Shown here: positions 27,518 to 37,512 of the stretch, piece after piece
Layout: each line of letters opens with the position of its first letter
How positions within the stretch are numbered: the stretch's first letter is position 1
Source of the DNA: Patescibacteria group bacterium
GTDB lineage: Bacteria > Patescibacteriota > Minisyncoccia > UBA6257 > JACRHW01
Length of the DNA stretch: 64,000 nt
Direction: 5' to 3'
Assembly: GCA_028865725.1 (NCBI GenBank)
Contig: JAGWJP010000003.1
Location: 65,697-129,696 of the forward strand
Translations under genes and position numbers: made by a program
Notes under the pieces: model-generated
Told to the model about the DNA's origin: nothing
The model's input: only the letters and a program-made list of their open reading frames with translations
Databases searched by the model: none

Positions 27518-27530
27518 GTAAAGGTGCCGT

Positions 27531-29207
27531 CTAGTCGAGCGTTGCCTCAATCTTGCCTACCACACTCTCTACTTCCTCAAATGTCGTGATTCCTTTCAGG
27601 ATTTTCAGGAGTCCATCTTGTCCCATCGTGGTCATTCCATTTTTCAAAGCCACCCTTTTCACATCAGTAGTGGTGGGAGATTTCTGCATGTATTCTTCTA
27701 ATTCTTTCGTGATGAGCAAAAATTCATACACACCTATACGCCCGCGAAATCCGTTGTTGCATTTGTCACATCCTTTCGGTGCGTAGAGCGCGAGAGAGGT
27801 GGGATCGGGTCTTGCAACGCGCGAGGGCAGGGTGGCGATGAGTTTTTCAATACGCTTTCTTTGTTCCTCAGTTGGCGTTATTTTTTCTTTACAGACATTA
27901 CAGAGAGTACGAACGAGACGTTGGGCGATAATGAGGTTAAGCGCCGGACCGATGGTAGCAGGTTTCACGCCCATATCAAGGAGACGAGGAATCGCACCGC
28001 TTGCTTCGTTGGTATGAAGCGTGGAAAACACAAGATGTCCGGTGAGTGATGCCTGCATTGCTGTTTCCGCGGTCTCGAAATCGCGGATTTCTCCTATAAG
28101 GATAACATCGGGATCTTGACGAAGTGCAGCTTTAAGCCCTGAGACGAATGTGTATCCGCGCTCAGGTTCTACCTGTGTTTGGGAGATCCCTTCTATGTGA
28201 TATTCGATAGGGTCTTCGATAGTGATAATTTTAATTTTTGGGTTATAGACGCGTTTCAGGAATGCATAGAGCGTGGTTGTTTTTCCGCTCCCCGTAGGGC
28301 CGGTGTTTAAGATTGCGCCGTTTGGTTTTTCAAGTTCTTCCTGAACGATCGCAAGATCATCATCACGTATACCGAGATCTTCAAGCTTAATGCTAAGGAG
28401 TTTTGGGTTCAGTATACGCATCACGACCGTTTCGCCGTAAGCTGAAGGAACAACCGATGTTCTAATTTCAATTTCTTGTACTCCCGCGTGAATAGTAAAG
28501 CGTCCATCTTGGGCAATATTTTTGATATTGATTTTCAGGCCGGAAATGAGCTTGATACGGGATAGGATAGAGCGATACATCGCATGGGAGAAATCAGCGA
28601 CATCGTGGAGATCGCCGTCGATACGAAGTCTAAAGCGCACTACGTCCTCTTCGGGCTCAAGATGCATGTCAGACGCGTCAGATGCCAGGGCTCCTGCGAG
28701 GATAATTTCTAAAATCTTTGAAGTGAGCGGATCTTGAAACGAGGTGACGGCCTGCTTAATACTCGCCACGTTGTTTAAGCTTTTCATGTATTCCTGGAGC
28801 TTTTCCGATTCTATTCCAACCGATCCGGTAATTTCTTCAACGGGAGGAGGAATAAGCTTATAAAACCCCCAGGCTTTTTCAAGACTTGCATTACTCACCA
28901 CCACGGTGCTTACTTCATAGGTTGTTTTGAGTGAGGCAAGGATCTCTTGTTCTTTTTGGTTGTCGGGATCATTGATGACGACGAGAAGTTTTTTTCCTTT
29001 GATTCCTACACACGCAAGCTTTGCTTCGCGTGCCACATTCTCGGGGACACATCGTAATGCATCGACTTCGATGGGACGCAAACGGAGATCGAGGTAGGGG
29101 AGCTTAACGCGCGCCGCCGTGCGTTCTGCCTCACGTTCTTCTGCTTCGCGCGCCGAAGCCTCGAGCGTTTCCTCAAGCGATTTTTTTTGGTAGGGGTCGT
29201 ATGACAT
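27531..29207 (-). CDS. pilB: type IV pilus assembly ATPase PilB (full length, GspE family)
   Basis: N-terminal GspE_N-like domain, Walker A GPTGSGKTT, C-terminal tetra-Cys (CNVC...CDKC). Confidence 0.9.
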   Translation of the reverse strand: MSYDPYQKKSLEETLEASAREAEEREAERTAARVKLPYLDLRLRPIEVDALRCVPENVAREAKLACVGIKGKKLLVVINDPDNQKEQEILASLKTTYEVSTVVVSNASLEKAWGFYKLIPPPVEEITGSVGIESEKLQEYMKSLNNVASIKQAVTSFQDPLTSKILEIILAGALASDASDMHLEPEEDVVRFRLRIDGDLHDVADFSHAMYRSILSRIKLISGLKINIKNIAQDGRFTIHAGVQEIEIRTSVVPSAYGETVVMRILNPKLLSIKLEDLGIRDDDLAIVQEELEKPNGAILNTGPTGSGKTTTLYAFLKRVYNPKIKIITIEDPIEYHIEGISQTQVEPERGYTFVSGLKAALRQDPDVILIGEIRDFETAETAMQASLTGHLVFSTLHTNEASGAIPRLLDMGVKPATIGPALNLIIAQRLVRTLCNVCKEKITPTEEQRKRIEKLIATLPSRVARPDPTSLALYAPKGCDKCNNGFRGRIGVYEFLLITKELEEYMQKSPTTTDVKRVALKNGMTTMGQDGLLKILKGITTFEEVESVVGKIEATLD

Positions 29208-29428
29208 GGAGGTAGACCGCTGGATTTTTAGAAATCGAAGAATAAAATATGAAAAATTTTGTTTTCTATTTCTATTCCTTGCGCAAGTTGGAAAAAACTA
29301 CAAGTGGAAAACTTTTATTCGCACGTATGGCGAGTCACTTGAGGCGGAAAAGGAAGTGCCTGCTTACCAGCGGGCGACCCTATTTATGGTCGGCTCAAGA
29401 CCGAATTAATTTATCGTGGAATTAATCG

Positions 29429-29785
29429 TCAATAAAAAACCGCCCGTTGAGGCGATTGCAACAATGATATTTGATCGTGGTTACGGTTCTGGAGTGCGGC
29501 ATGTTTCATTGCTGTTATTTGCGAGAAGCTTTTTATATTCGTTGGAAGATTGATAGTGTAGACACACTCCGAGCGCGAAAAACGTGACTGAACTGATGTC
29601 CAGAAATATAAGACAGGATTAAACAAAAGCGATCGTGCGTAGATCACGGCCACGAATGCCATTGTGCATATCGACAGAAAGAAAGCGAAGATTGAAAGCC
29701 GCTCTTGTTCGGAAGGATTCAATGTGGTGGTTGCTGATTCCTTAGTGTTTTCTAGACCAGTCCCACTACAGTGTTGACATTCCAT
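29429..29785 (-). CDS. hypothetical membrane protein with N-terminal CxxC
   Basis: Strong SD (AAGGGGGGGTG-N6-ATG); MECQHCSGTG then two TM helices. Confidence 0.4.
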   Translation of the reverse strand: MECQHCSGTGLENTKESATTTLNPSEQERLSIFAFFLSICTMAFVAVIYARSLLFNPVLYFWTSVQSRFSRSECVYTINLPTNIKSFSQITAMKHAALQNRNHDQISLLQSPQRAVFY

Positions 29786-29995
29786 TTTTTCACCCCCCCT
29801 TTTTTTTATGGTTTCCAGTCAGGATTGTGAAATACTTCCGGATAATGCGATTCTATGATGTCTGCAAGTTCATTTTGAAAATATGCTCCCACGATAAAAG
29901 TAGCAGAACCAAGGAGAGACCTAACGAGTCGTATCCAGTACTCGAGGCATATACCATTGTTACCGTTGTCATGAGTGCCATGAAGAATGCAATAG

Positions 29996-30154
29996 TCTTA
30001 GTGTAAAAAGAGATACTTTTGTTTTTTGGAGAATCGAGCGTGTCTTTGGGCGAGATTCTTTATATCAATGGAATACTGCGTATTACAGTAAGAACACTGT
30101 CTATCTTCATTGGTGATCGTGTTCCACCTTTCGCATTTTTCGCACCTTGCGTGC
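29996..30154 (-). CDS. small zinc-ribbon protein (52 aa; below ORF-track cutoff)
   Basis: Hand translation: MHARCEKCERWNTITNEDRQCSYCNTQYSIDIKNLAQRHARFSKKQKYLFLH; CxxC-N13-CxxC. Confidence 0.3.
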
Positions 30155-30248
30155 ATATCAAAGATCCCCCACGCTAGATTAAGGTACCATTTGTTTTTTG
30201 GTCTGTCAATTTAAATCTTTTTGTATTTCCTGCTATCCTTAAGCTAAC

Positions 30249-30698
30249 ATGGAACGTAGTACCACGATTATTACCCAAAACGAGCGCGAGACGCGGAGGA
30301 TAGCAAACGCGTTTGCGGAGGAGCTTGCTGCCGAGAAACCTGTGTGTCACGTGGTGAGTCTTGAGGGCGAGCTTGGGGCGGGGAAAACAACCTTCATGAA
30401 GGGATTTGCAGAGGGACTTCACATGAAAGAAACGATGACGAGCCCGACGTTTATCATTTTTCGCGTTTTCGATCTTGCCCGCAGCGTGTTTAAGCGCCTT
30501 TATCATGTGGACTGTTATCGGCTGGAATCATATGAAGACTTGCGCGCGCTTGGATTTGAAGACATCCTCAATGATCCTAAGAATCTTGTCGTGATCGAAT
30601 GGGGAAACATGATACGGGAACATTTGCCACAAAACACCGTCCATATTGCTTTTGATGTTCTTGCGCATCATGCGCGGCGTATTACTATTACATCATAA
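30249..30698 (+). CDS. tsaE: tRNA threonylcarbamoyladenosine biosynthesis protein TsaE
   Basis: Walker A-like GELGAGKTTF, HVDCYRL, VIEWG motifs of YjeE/TsaE. Confidence 0.88.
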   Translation: MERSTTIITQNERETRRIANAFAEELAAEKPVCHVVSLEGELGAGKTTFMKGFAEGLHMKETMTSPTFIIFRVFDLARSVFKRLYHVDCYRLESYEDLRALGFEDILNDPKNLVVIEWGNMIREHLPQNTVHIAFDVLAHHARRITITS

Positions 30699-30702
30699 TG
30701 AT

Positions 30703-33255
30703 ATGAAGACTTTGCTGCTTATTGATGCAAATGCGCTTATTCATAGAGCGTTTTATGCATTACCCCCCATGACAGATAGCAAAGGAAATCCCGTGAACGC
30801 ATTATACGGTCTTTCGAGTATTCTTCTTCGCGTGGTGCGCGAGATGAAACCAGATTATGTCGCGGCTGCATTTGATTTGCCAGAGCCCACATTTCGCCAT
30901 AAAGAATACAAAGAGTATAAGGCGCAACGCAAAAAGGCATCTCCAGAACTCATTGCGCAACTTAAGGTTGCTCCTCGTGTGTTTGAAGCATTTGGCATGA
31001 AGGTCATGAGCGCGGAAGGATTTGAGGCGGATGATGTGATTGCCACGCTTGCGGAGAAGTTTCGCAAAGAGCCCCGCCTCCATATTATGATCATTACAGG
31101 AGATATGGACACGCTGCAGCTCGTCGAAGGAAAAAAGGTGGAGGTGTGTACGATGAAAAAGGGGATTGGCGAGACCACGATATATGATGAAACCGGCGTG
31201 GAGGAACGATTTGGCATTACTCCCGCACAGCTTCCTGATTTTAAGGGATTAAAAGGCGATCCTTCAGATAATATTCCCGGCGTGCCTGGTATTGGAGAAA
31301 AGACGGCCGTGACATTACTTCAAGAATTTAAGACGCTTGAAAATCTTTATGATCGCATTCGGTGCGACAAGGAACTGATTCCTGCAAAAACCTACGCGAA
31401 ACTTATAGAACACAAAGATCAGGCGTTTTTTAGCAAGTATCTCGCGATCACGCGCCGCGATTTGCCCCTTAACGTCACGCTCGATGATCTTGCGTTTTTA
31501 TTGTCTGTTGATTCGTTGAAAAGCTTGTTTGAGTCCTATCATTTTCGAAGTCTTCTTCTGCGTTTACAGGAATCTTCTTCGCGCGGTGTTTCGAACCCCA
31601 AAAAAGAGGAGGAGACAGCAAGCACAGCGCTTATCTGTTCAGCGTTTTCTGCGATACCGCATACGGAGCTTGCATTGTCTTGTGAGGATGGGCGGTTGTG
31701 TCTTACGAATCGCAAGGGCGCATTTTGTTACATCGAGGAAGACCATGACGTTACTCTTCTTTCTGCTGTGTATGCCGATACCGAGCGTTTCATTGCATAC
31801 GATGCGAAAGGTGTGATTCGTTGGCATATGGACCACGGTGTTGCATTGCCACGCATATCGTTTGATTGCATGATCGCCGCATGGCTTCTTGATCCCGAAT
31901 ATCGCGATTATGGTCTGCGCGCTCTTACGAAACGAATGTTTAAAAAGGAAGGAGGGAATGAGTATATTTTTTCGCTCTATGATGCGCAACTAAAAAAGCT
32001 TGTGAAGTATGAACTGATGCATGTGTTTTCTGATATCGAAATGCCCCTCATTCCCATTCTTGCGACCATGGAGAGGCGAGGAATTGCGCTTAACGTATCT
32101 CAACTGAACGCAGTGCGTGTACGGACAGAGACCGAGCTGAACGACCTTGAGCGTGATATTTTTTCTACGAGTGATTCCTCGTTTAATATTAATTCTCCGA
32201 AACAGCTCAGTGAAGTTTTGTTTACACTTTTGAAACTTCCTACAAAAGGACTGCGCAAGACGCCCCAAGGCGCAATTTCTACCGATGCCGGCGAGCTCGC
32301 TAAATTACGAGGCGCACATCCGATTATTGATCTCATATTGCGATATCGCGAACTGAACAAACTCAAGACCACGTATCTTGATGCGCTTCCTAAAAGCCTC
32401 GATGCACACACGGGACGCCTTCATACCACGTTTAATCAAACAGGCACCGCAACGGGGAGACTTTCCTCATCTGACCCTAATCTTCAAAATATTCCTGCTC
32501 AGGGCAGCGAAGCAGTAGAGATCCGCAACGCATTTGTGGCAGAGAAGGGATTCCAGTTTGCTGCATTCGATTATTCACAGCTTGAATTACGTATCGTGGC
32601 AGCCTTGTCTCAGGACGCTACCATGATGAACGCATTCCTAGAGAAAAAAGATATCCATGCGATCACTGCCGCCGAAGTAAACGGCATTTCGCTTTCTGAG
32701 GTAACTCCTGAGTTGCGGCGACAAGCGAAAACGCTAAATTTCGGTATCATCTATGGCATGGGTGCGCGTGCATTTGCAGAGAGTTCAGGGCTTAGTCTTC
32801 ATGAGGCAAAACGATTCATTCAAAAATATTTTGAGAATTTTAAGGGAATAAAGGCGTATCAAGATTCGTTGATTGGTTTTGCAAAAACATATGGTTATGT
32901 CAAAACGGAATCGGGCCGCCGCCGTTATCTTCCCGATATTACTTCGGGGAATCCAAAATTTCAGGCGCAAGCAGAACGTGCCGCTATCAACATGCCTGTG
33001 CAAGGACTCGAGGCGGATATTGTTAAACAGGCTATGATTAACGCAGACACATGGATTAAAGAGCAAAATCTTGAGGAAACTGTGCGCTTACTCTTAAACA
33101 TTCATGATGAACTGTTGTTTGAAATTGAGAAAGAAAAGGTCCGTAATGTGATTGCTCCTCTCCGAGGCATTATGGAACAGGCTTTTCCATTAGCAGTTCC
33201 TCTTGTGGTCGATATAAAAATGGGTGATAGTTGGGGTTCAATGCAACATCTATGA
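30703..33255 (+). CDS. polA: DNA polymerase I
   Basis: 5'-3' exonuclease N-terminus (LLLIDANALIHRAFYAL), pol motifs (RRQAKTLNFGIIYGMG; LLNIHDELLFE). Confidence 0.93.
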   Translation: MKTLLLIDANALIHRAFYALPPMTDSKGNPVNALYGLSSILLRVVREMKPDYVAAAFDLPEPTFRHKEYKEYKAQRKKASPELIAQLKVAPRVFEAFGMKVMSAEGFEADDVIATLAEKFRKEPRLHIMIITGDMDTLQLVEGKKVEVCTMKKGIGETTIYDETGVEERFGITPAQLPDFKGLKGDPSDNIPGVPGIGEKTAVTLLQEFKTLENLYDRIRCDKELIPAKTYAKLIEHKDQAFFSKYLAITRRDLPLNVTLDDLAFLLSVDSLKSLFESYHFRSLLLRLQESSSRGVSNPKKEEETASTALICSAFSAIPHTELALSCEDGRLCLTNRKGAFCYIEEDHDVTLLSAVYADTERFIAYDAKGVIRWHMDHGVALPRISFDCMIAAWLLDPEYRDYGLRALTKRMFKKEGGNEYIFSLYDAQLKKLVKYELMHVFSDIEMPLIPILATMERRGIALNVSQLNAVRVRTETELNDLERDIFSTSDSSFNINSPKQLSEVLFTLLKLPTKGLRKTPQGAISTDAGELAKLRGAHPIIDLILRYRELNKLKTTYLDALPKSLDAHTGRLHTTFNQTGTATGRLSSSDPNLQNIPAQGSEAVEIRNAFVAEKGFQFAAFDYSQLELRIVAALSQDATMMNAFLEKKDIHAITAAEVNGISLSEVTPELRRQAKTLNFGIIYGMGARAFAESSGLSLHEAKRFIQKYFENFKGIKAYQDSLIGFAKTYGYVKTESGRRRYLPDITSGNPKFQAQAERAAINMPVQGLEADIVKQAMINADTWIKEQNLEETVRLLLNIHDELLFEIEKEKVRNVIAPLRGIMEQAFPLAVPLVVDIKMGDSWGSMQHL

Positions 33256-34175
33256 TTCTTCTCTTATACGGCGCAGATCGGCACAGTCTTCTTCAAAAGA
33301 AGAAGGAAATTTGTGATATCTATGCGGCACGGAACCCCGCGCTTGATATGAAGCGATTCGACCTCCAGATCAAAGACCAGATGGCCGATCTCGACGCTTT
33401 TTTTAAAACACCCTCTCTTTTTGTTACTAAAAAACTTGCGGTAGTGGATAGTCCTTTCGCGCGCGCGAAAGAGCTTCTTCTTTTTTTGCAATCCAACGAG
33501 GCGGCACACGACGAGGATCGTACCATTCTTATCATATATGACAAGGAACTTCCCAAAGGCGATCTCGCATCCTATCTTATCTCCGACAAACAGATTCGCA
33601 CACAACGATTTCCGCTTACGACTTCGGTGGGGGCAGGAAAGTTGATACGCGAAACGTGCCGTGCTGCAGGTATTGCCATTGAACGAGATGGGGTGGCTAC
33701 GCTTGTGTCATATTACGGAGTGGATACCGGTGCCTTACGCCATGCAGTTGAGCGGCTGATATTGTGGAAACAAGCGAACCAATCCACCACGGTATCAGAC
33801 ATTGATCTTCTCTATTTTTCTCCTCAAGGCGAGGAAAGTATTTTTGTCTATGTTGAGGCGTTGCTTAAGAACGATGTGCCAGGTGCGATGGTGCTCCTGC
33901 ATCGTTCTTCTGAGCCTTTTCCCGCGCGCGATGTGATTCGTATTTTTGAGCTTCAATTAAAACAGCTTATGGTAGCGATGAGCAATGACAAGAAGGCGCA
34001 AAGCGCTATTCCCGGGTGGCTTGTCCGGAAACTTCACGCTATTGCACGCGCCACGAATGAGAACACTCTACTGCATTGGTATACTACAATAGCCTCACTA
34101 GATGTAAGGCTAAAACAGGGAGCTATCGGAGAGGAGGAGGCGCAGGAAGAACTTCTTTACGCCTCTTTCGTGTAA
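33252..34175 (+). CDS. holA: DNA polymerase III delta subunit
   Basis: MILLLYGADRHSLLQKKKEI N-terminus typical of HolA; ATGA overlap with the polA stop. Confidence 0.75.
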   Translation: MILLLYGADRHSLLQKKKEICDIYAARNPALDMKRFDLQIKDQMADLDAFFKTPSLFVTKKLAVVDSPFARAKELLLFLQSNEAAHDEDRTILIIYDKELPKGDLASYLISDKQIRTQRFPLTTSVGAGKLIRETCRAAGIAIERDGVATLVSYYGVDTGALRHAVERLILWKQANQSTTVSDIDLLYFSPQGEESIFVYVEALLKNDVPGAMVLLHRSSEPFPARDVIRIFELQLKQLMVAMSNDKKAQSAIPGWLVRKLHAIARATNENTLLHWYTTIASLDVRLKQGAIGEEEAQEELLYASFV

Positions 34176-34213
34176 AAGATTTGCCGAAGCACGGGCTCAC
34201 CGGCGGGCCGATA

Positions 34214-34471
34214 TTACTTTGAAGATGCGTTGAGTTTTTTTGCAAGGCGTGACTTTAATCGTGCTGCCTTGTTTTTGTGCATGGTATGCTTTTTTGCCGC
34301 TTTATCAAGCGACGCATATACATGGGAAAGCTCTTCTTTTTTTGAGGAGAAGTCTTGCGCCGCATTCAACTTTTTCATCGCTGCTTTTACTGCAGTTTTT
34401 TGTGCGATATTGCGAACGCGCTTCCGTGCATTTTTGCGCAATTCTTTTTGTGCAGATGATGTGCGTGGCAT
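34214..34471 (-). CDS. rpsT: 30S ribosomal protein S20
   Basis: MPRTSSAQKELRKNARKRVRNIAQKTAVKAAMKK. Confidence 0.9.
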   Translation of the reverse strand: MPRTSSAQKELRKNARKRVRNIAQKTAVKAAMKKLNAAQDFSSKKEELSHVYASLDKAAKKHTMHKNKAARLKSRLAKKLNASSK

Positions 34472-34627
34472 ATGGTTAGCTATAAATATATTTGGTATTG
34501 TAAAACAGGATATCAAAATTAGCAAGTTGTGCCGTAGTAGAAAATCGATTTACCATTTATACCGGCTTTTGTTGTTTACAATGCGTTTCGGAGAGGATTA
34601 GAGTATAATGGATAAGAAGATTATGGA

Positions 34628-35200
34628 ATGATTTACAGTATTCGTGGAAAATTGGAGTCGATACAAGCGAACGCGGTCGTAATTGAGACGGCGGGCGGTG
34701 TGGGATATTTTGTGTTTACAACTCCTGCGACAATGCAGGTGCTTGCAGGTAAGGACGAAGTGCATCTCTACACATTACTTCAAGTGCGTGATGATGCGCT
34801 CGAGCTTTATGGGTTTGCAAGCGAAGAGGAGCTTCGTTTTTTTCAGCTTTTGAAAACCGTCTCTGGCATTGGTCCTAAAGCAGCGCTTGCGATTCTCGGG
34901 GTTGCGGACATCGCCACGCTTCAATCGGCTATCGCGTCCGGGAGATCGGAACTATTAAGTAAGGCGGGAGGAGTGGGAAAGAAGACTAGTGAGCGCATCA
35001 TTGTAGAGCTCAAAGAAAAGGTGGGCAAGGGGAACGAAGAGGTTAATATATTGGAGCGTGATTTTGACATTATCGAAGCACTCAAATCGCTTGGATACTC
35101 TGTTCATGAAGCGCGAAATATCTTGAAAGATATTTCGCCCGAGGTGGCCGATTTTTCTGAACGGCTCAAGACTGCATTAAAAATGTTAGGAAAGAAATAG
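34628..35200 (+). CDS. ruvA: Holliday junction DNA helicase RuvA
   Basis: MIYSIRGKL...VIETAGGVGY...HhH motifs LKTVSGIGPKAALAIL. Confidence 0.92.
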   Translation: MIYSIRGKLESIQANAVVIETAGGVGYFVFTTPATMQVLAGKDEVHLYTLLQVRDDALELYGFASEEELRFFQLLKTVSGIGPKAALAILGVADIATLQSAIASGRSELLSKAGGVGKKTSERIIVELKEKVGKGNEEVNILERDFDIIEALKSLGYSVHEARNILKDISPEVADFSERLKTALKMLGKK

Positions 35201-35216
35201 AAAGAAGATTTTTAAA

Positions 35217-36569
35217 TTGGAATTTATGAAACCGCCGTCGTTTATGATAAAGAAGTTTTGGCGATTGTATCATTTTTTGTGGGCGTATGGTGCCGCGGTG
35301 TGGTATCGATTTCCCTCACGCAAGCTTGTGGTGATTGGAGTTACCGGCACGAAAGGAAAGACTACGACTGTAGAGCTTATGGCGCATGTATTTGCCTCTG
35401 CTGGACACCGCGTAGTGTCGTCTTCAGGGCTTTGGTTTCGTGTGGCAGGTAGGGCAGAGAGGAACGATTTTAAAATGACGATGCCAGGGCATGGGTTTTT
35501 GCAGAAGCTTATGGCGCGTGGAGTGCACGCAAAGTGTGATATCGCTATTCTTGAGGTTACTTCGGAGGGGCTTGTACAGTCGCGCCATCGCTATATTGAT
35601 TTTGATGCGGCGGTATTTTTAGGGATTCACGAAGAGCACATTGAGCGTCATGGTGGGTTTGAGCAGTATCGCAAAGCAAAAGAGCTGTTGTTTAAAGCAC
35701 TTCATGAATCTTCGAAATCGCGGAAGGTTGCGATTATCAATACTGACGACGCGCATGCTGATGCGTTTATGCGTTATTGTGCCGATGAAACGTGGCGATT
35801 TGGATTTCATGGAAACCCGATTAAGAAGAATATGAAGTCGTTGAAAGCAGATGGGGTACAAGTGGGTGTTACGGGTCTACAGTTCTTCGTAAATGGTAAC
35901 AAGATTATCTCTCCACTTCTCGGTGAGTTTAATGTGTATAACATTCTTGCTTCCATTGCTGCCGCAAAAGCATTGGGCGTGGCCGATGAAGTAATTCAGA
36001 ATGCGCTTCAAACCTTTCCTGGAATTCCTGGGCGTATGGAGGTGATTGAGCAGAATGGTGTGCGAGCGGTGGTTGATTATGCACACACGCCCGATTCATT
36101 GGAGTGGGTATATAAAGAAACGCGTCGTATTTTTAATCCACGTCGCATGATTTGTATTCTTGGCGCTGCGGGCGGAGGGAGAGATACGTGGAAACGTCCT
36201 GCGTTTGGCGCGCTTGCCGCAATGTACTGCGATGTGATTTTTCTTACCGACGAAGATCCTTATGACGAAGACCCGGCAGCTATTGTGCGCGATATCAAGC
36301 GTGGAATTGATGAATTCAATGGACGAAAGGTTAAGCTTTCCGCGTCGGCATTTAATGTATTTCAAAAAGAGACACGCCTTGCGTCTCCCCCTGAGGTGCG
36401 TGTAGTACTCGAGAGGAGTCAGGCAATTGCACAGGCAATTTCTCTTGCGCGAGAAGGGGATGTAGTGGTATGTACAGGAAAGGGGGGCGAGCGATGGATG
36501 GTAGTCGCCGATGGTAAAAAAATTCCATGGGATGAGTCGGCGCTCGTACGTAAATTGTTAGGAATCTAG
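35217..36569 (+). CDS. murE: Mur ligase family, MurE-type (UDP-MurNAc-L-Ala-D-Glu:diamino acid ligase)
   Basis: VIGVTGTKGKTTT P-loop; DYAHTPDSLE motif typical of MurE; short N-terminal domain. Confidence 0.8.
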   Translation: MEFMKPPSFMIKKFWRLYHFLWAYGAAVWYRFPSRKLVVIGVTGTKGKTTTVELMAHVFASAGHRVVSSSGLWFRVAGRAERNDFKMTMPGHGFLQKLMARGVHAKCDIAILEVTSEGLVQSRHRYIDFDAAVFLGIHEEHIERHGGFEQYRKAKELLFKALHESSKSRKVAIINTDDAHADAFMRYCADETWRFGFHGNPIKKNMKSLKADGVQVGVTGLQFFVNGNKIISPLLGEFNVYNILASIAAAKALGVADEVIQNALQTFPGIPGRMEVIEQNGVRAVVDYAHTPDSLEWVYKETRRIFNPRRMICILGAAGGGRDTWKRPAFGALAAMYCDVIFLTDEDPYDEDPAAIVRDIKRGIDEFNGRKVKLSASAFNVFQKETRLASPPEVRVVLERSQAIAQAISLAREGDVVVCTGKGGERWMVVADGKKIPWDESALVRKLLGI

Positions 36570-36581
36570 CCACTATTTTTT

Positions 36582-37064
36582 ATGAGAAAAACAACAAAAG
36601 AGCCAGCATTTATACCGCAACCTGGACAGGTAGATTTTTCTCATGCGCGATGGGCGCCGGTGATCAATTGCGTCGTGACACATAAGGGCAGGATTTTGCT
36701 GGTACAGCGAAGCAAGGAGTTGCGGCTGTATCCAGGGTATTGGAATGGGATCTCTGGATTTCTCGATGATCAGCGAAGCTTGATACAAAAAGTGAAAGAT
36801 GAGATCTGCGAAGAGACCGGCATTGCACGAGCAAAGATAAAAAACATCAAATTCGGAAGGATTTTTGATGCAGAAGCGCCAAAATATAAAAAAACATGGA
36901 TTGTACATCCTGTTCTTGTGGAGGTGGCGTCGGATGCAATTACGCTTGATTGGGAGGCGGAGAAGTACCGCTGGGTTACCCTACAGGAAGCAAAAACATT
37001 AAAATTACTTCCTAGCTTCAAGGATGTGTTGGAAGCAGTGAAACCACTGCTTCATGGCAAATAA
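36582..37064 (+). CDS. NUDIX hydrolase
   Basis: Nudix box GFLDDQRSLIQKVKDEICEETGI. Confidence 0.8.
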   Translation: MRKTTKEPAFIPQPGQVDFSHARWAPVINCVVTHKGRILLVQRSKELRLYPGYWNGISGFLDDQRSLIQKVKDEICEETGIARAKIKNIKFGRIFDAEAPKYKKTWIVHPVLVEVASDAITLDWEAEKYRWVTLQEAKTLKLLPSFKDVLEAVKPLLHGK

Positions 37065-37102
37065 AAACCGCGGGATATACCACGCGGATAACTGAGCTCT
37101 TT

Positions 37103-37342
37103 TTATTGAAACAGATGAGGTAATTTTTTTGCTTGTTCGATTTCGTGAGAACCACCGAGACCTTCATGATGAAGCGGGCATCCCATTGCTATGATATTGG
37201 GAAATGCCGGACACGCGCACTCGAACAAAAGTTTGAGACAACCGATCGAAAGGATTACTCTTGCTGCGGAGCGGGTGTCTGGAGTAGCTGTTTCCACACG
37301 ACGGAAGCCTAGCGGAAGAAGTTCTCGTTCTGCGTAGGTCAT
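37103..37342 (-). CDS. hypothetical protein (weak)
   Basis: 79-aa ORF, Cys/His-rich; no motif. Confidence 0.25.
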   Translation of the reverse strand: MTYAERELLPLGFRRVETATPDTRSAARVILSIGCLKLLFECACPAFPNIIAMGCPLHHEGLGGSHEIEQAKKLPHLFQ

Positions 37343-37512
37343 ATCAAACCTCTTTTGGAGGCATTGACCTTACCACAGAGTAAGAAGTAAAAAAGGATTA
37401 GTCAAATTGCTGCGGAATTAAAAATATATTAAAAAGTGAAAAGTAAGAAGCGCCGTATTCGCTTCCGATATTCGTAACCATTCATATCATTCGTACTGAT
37501 TCGTATATTCGT

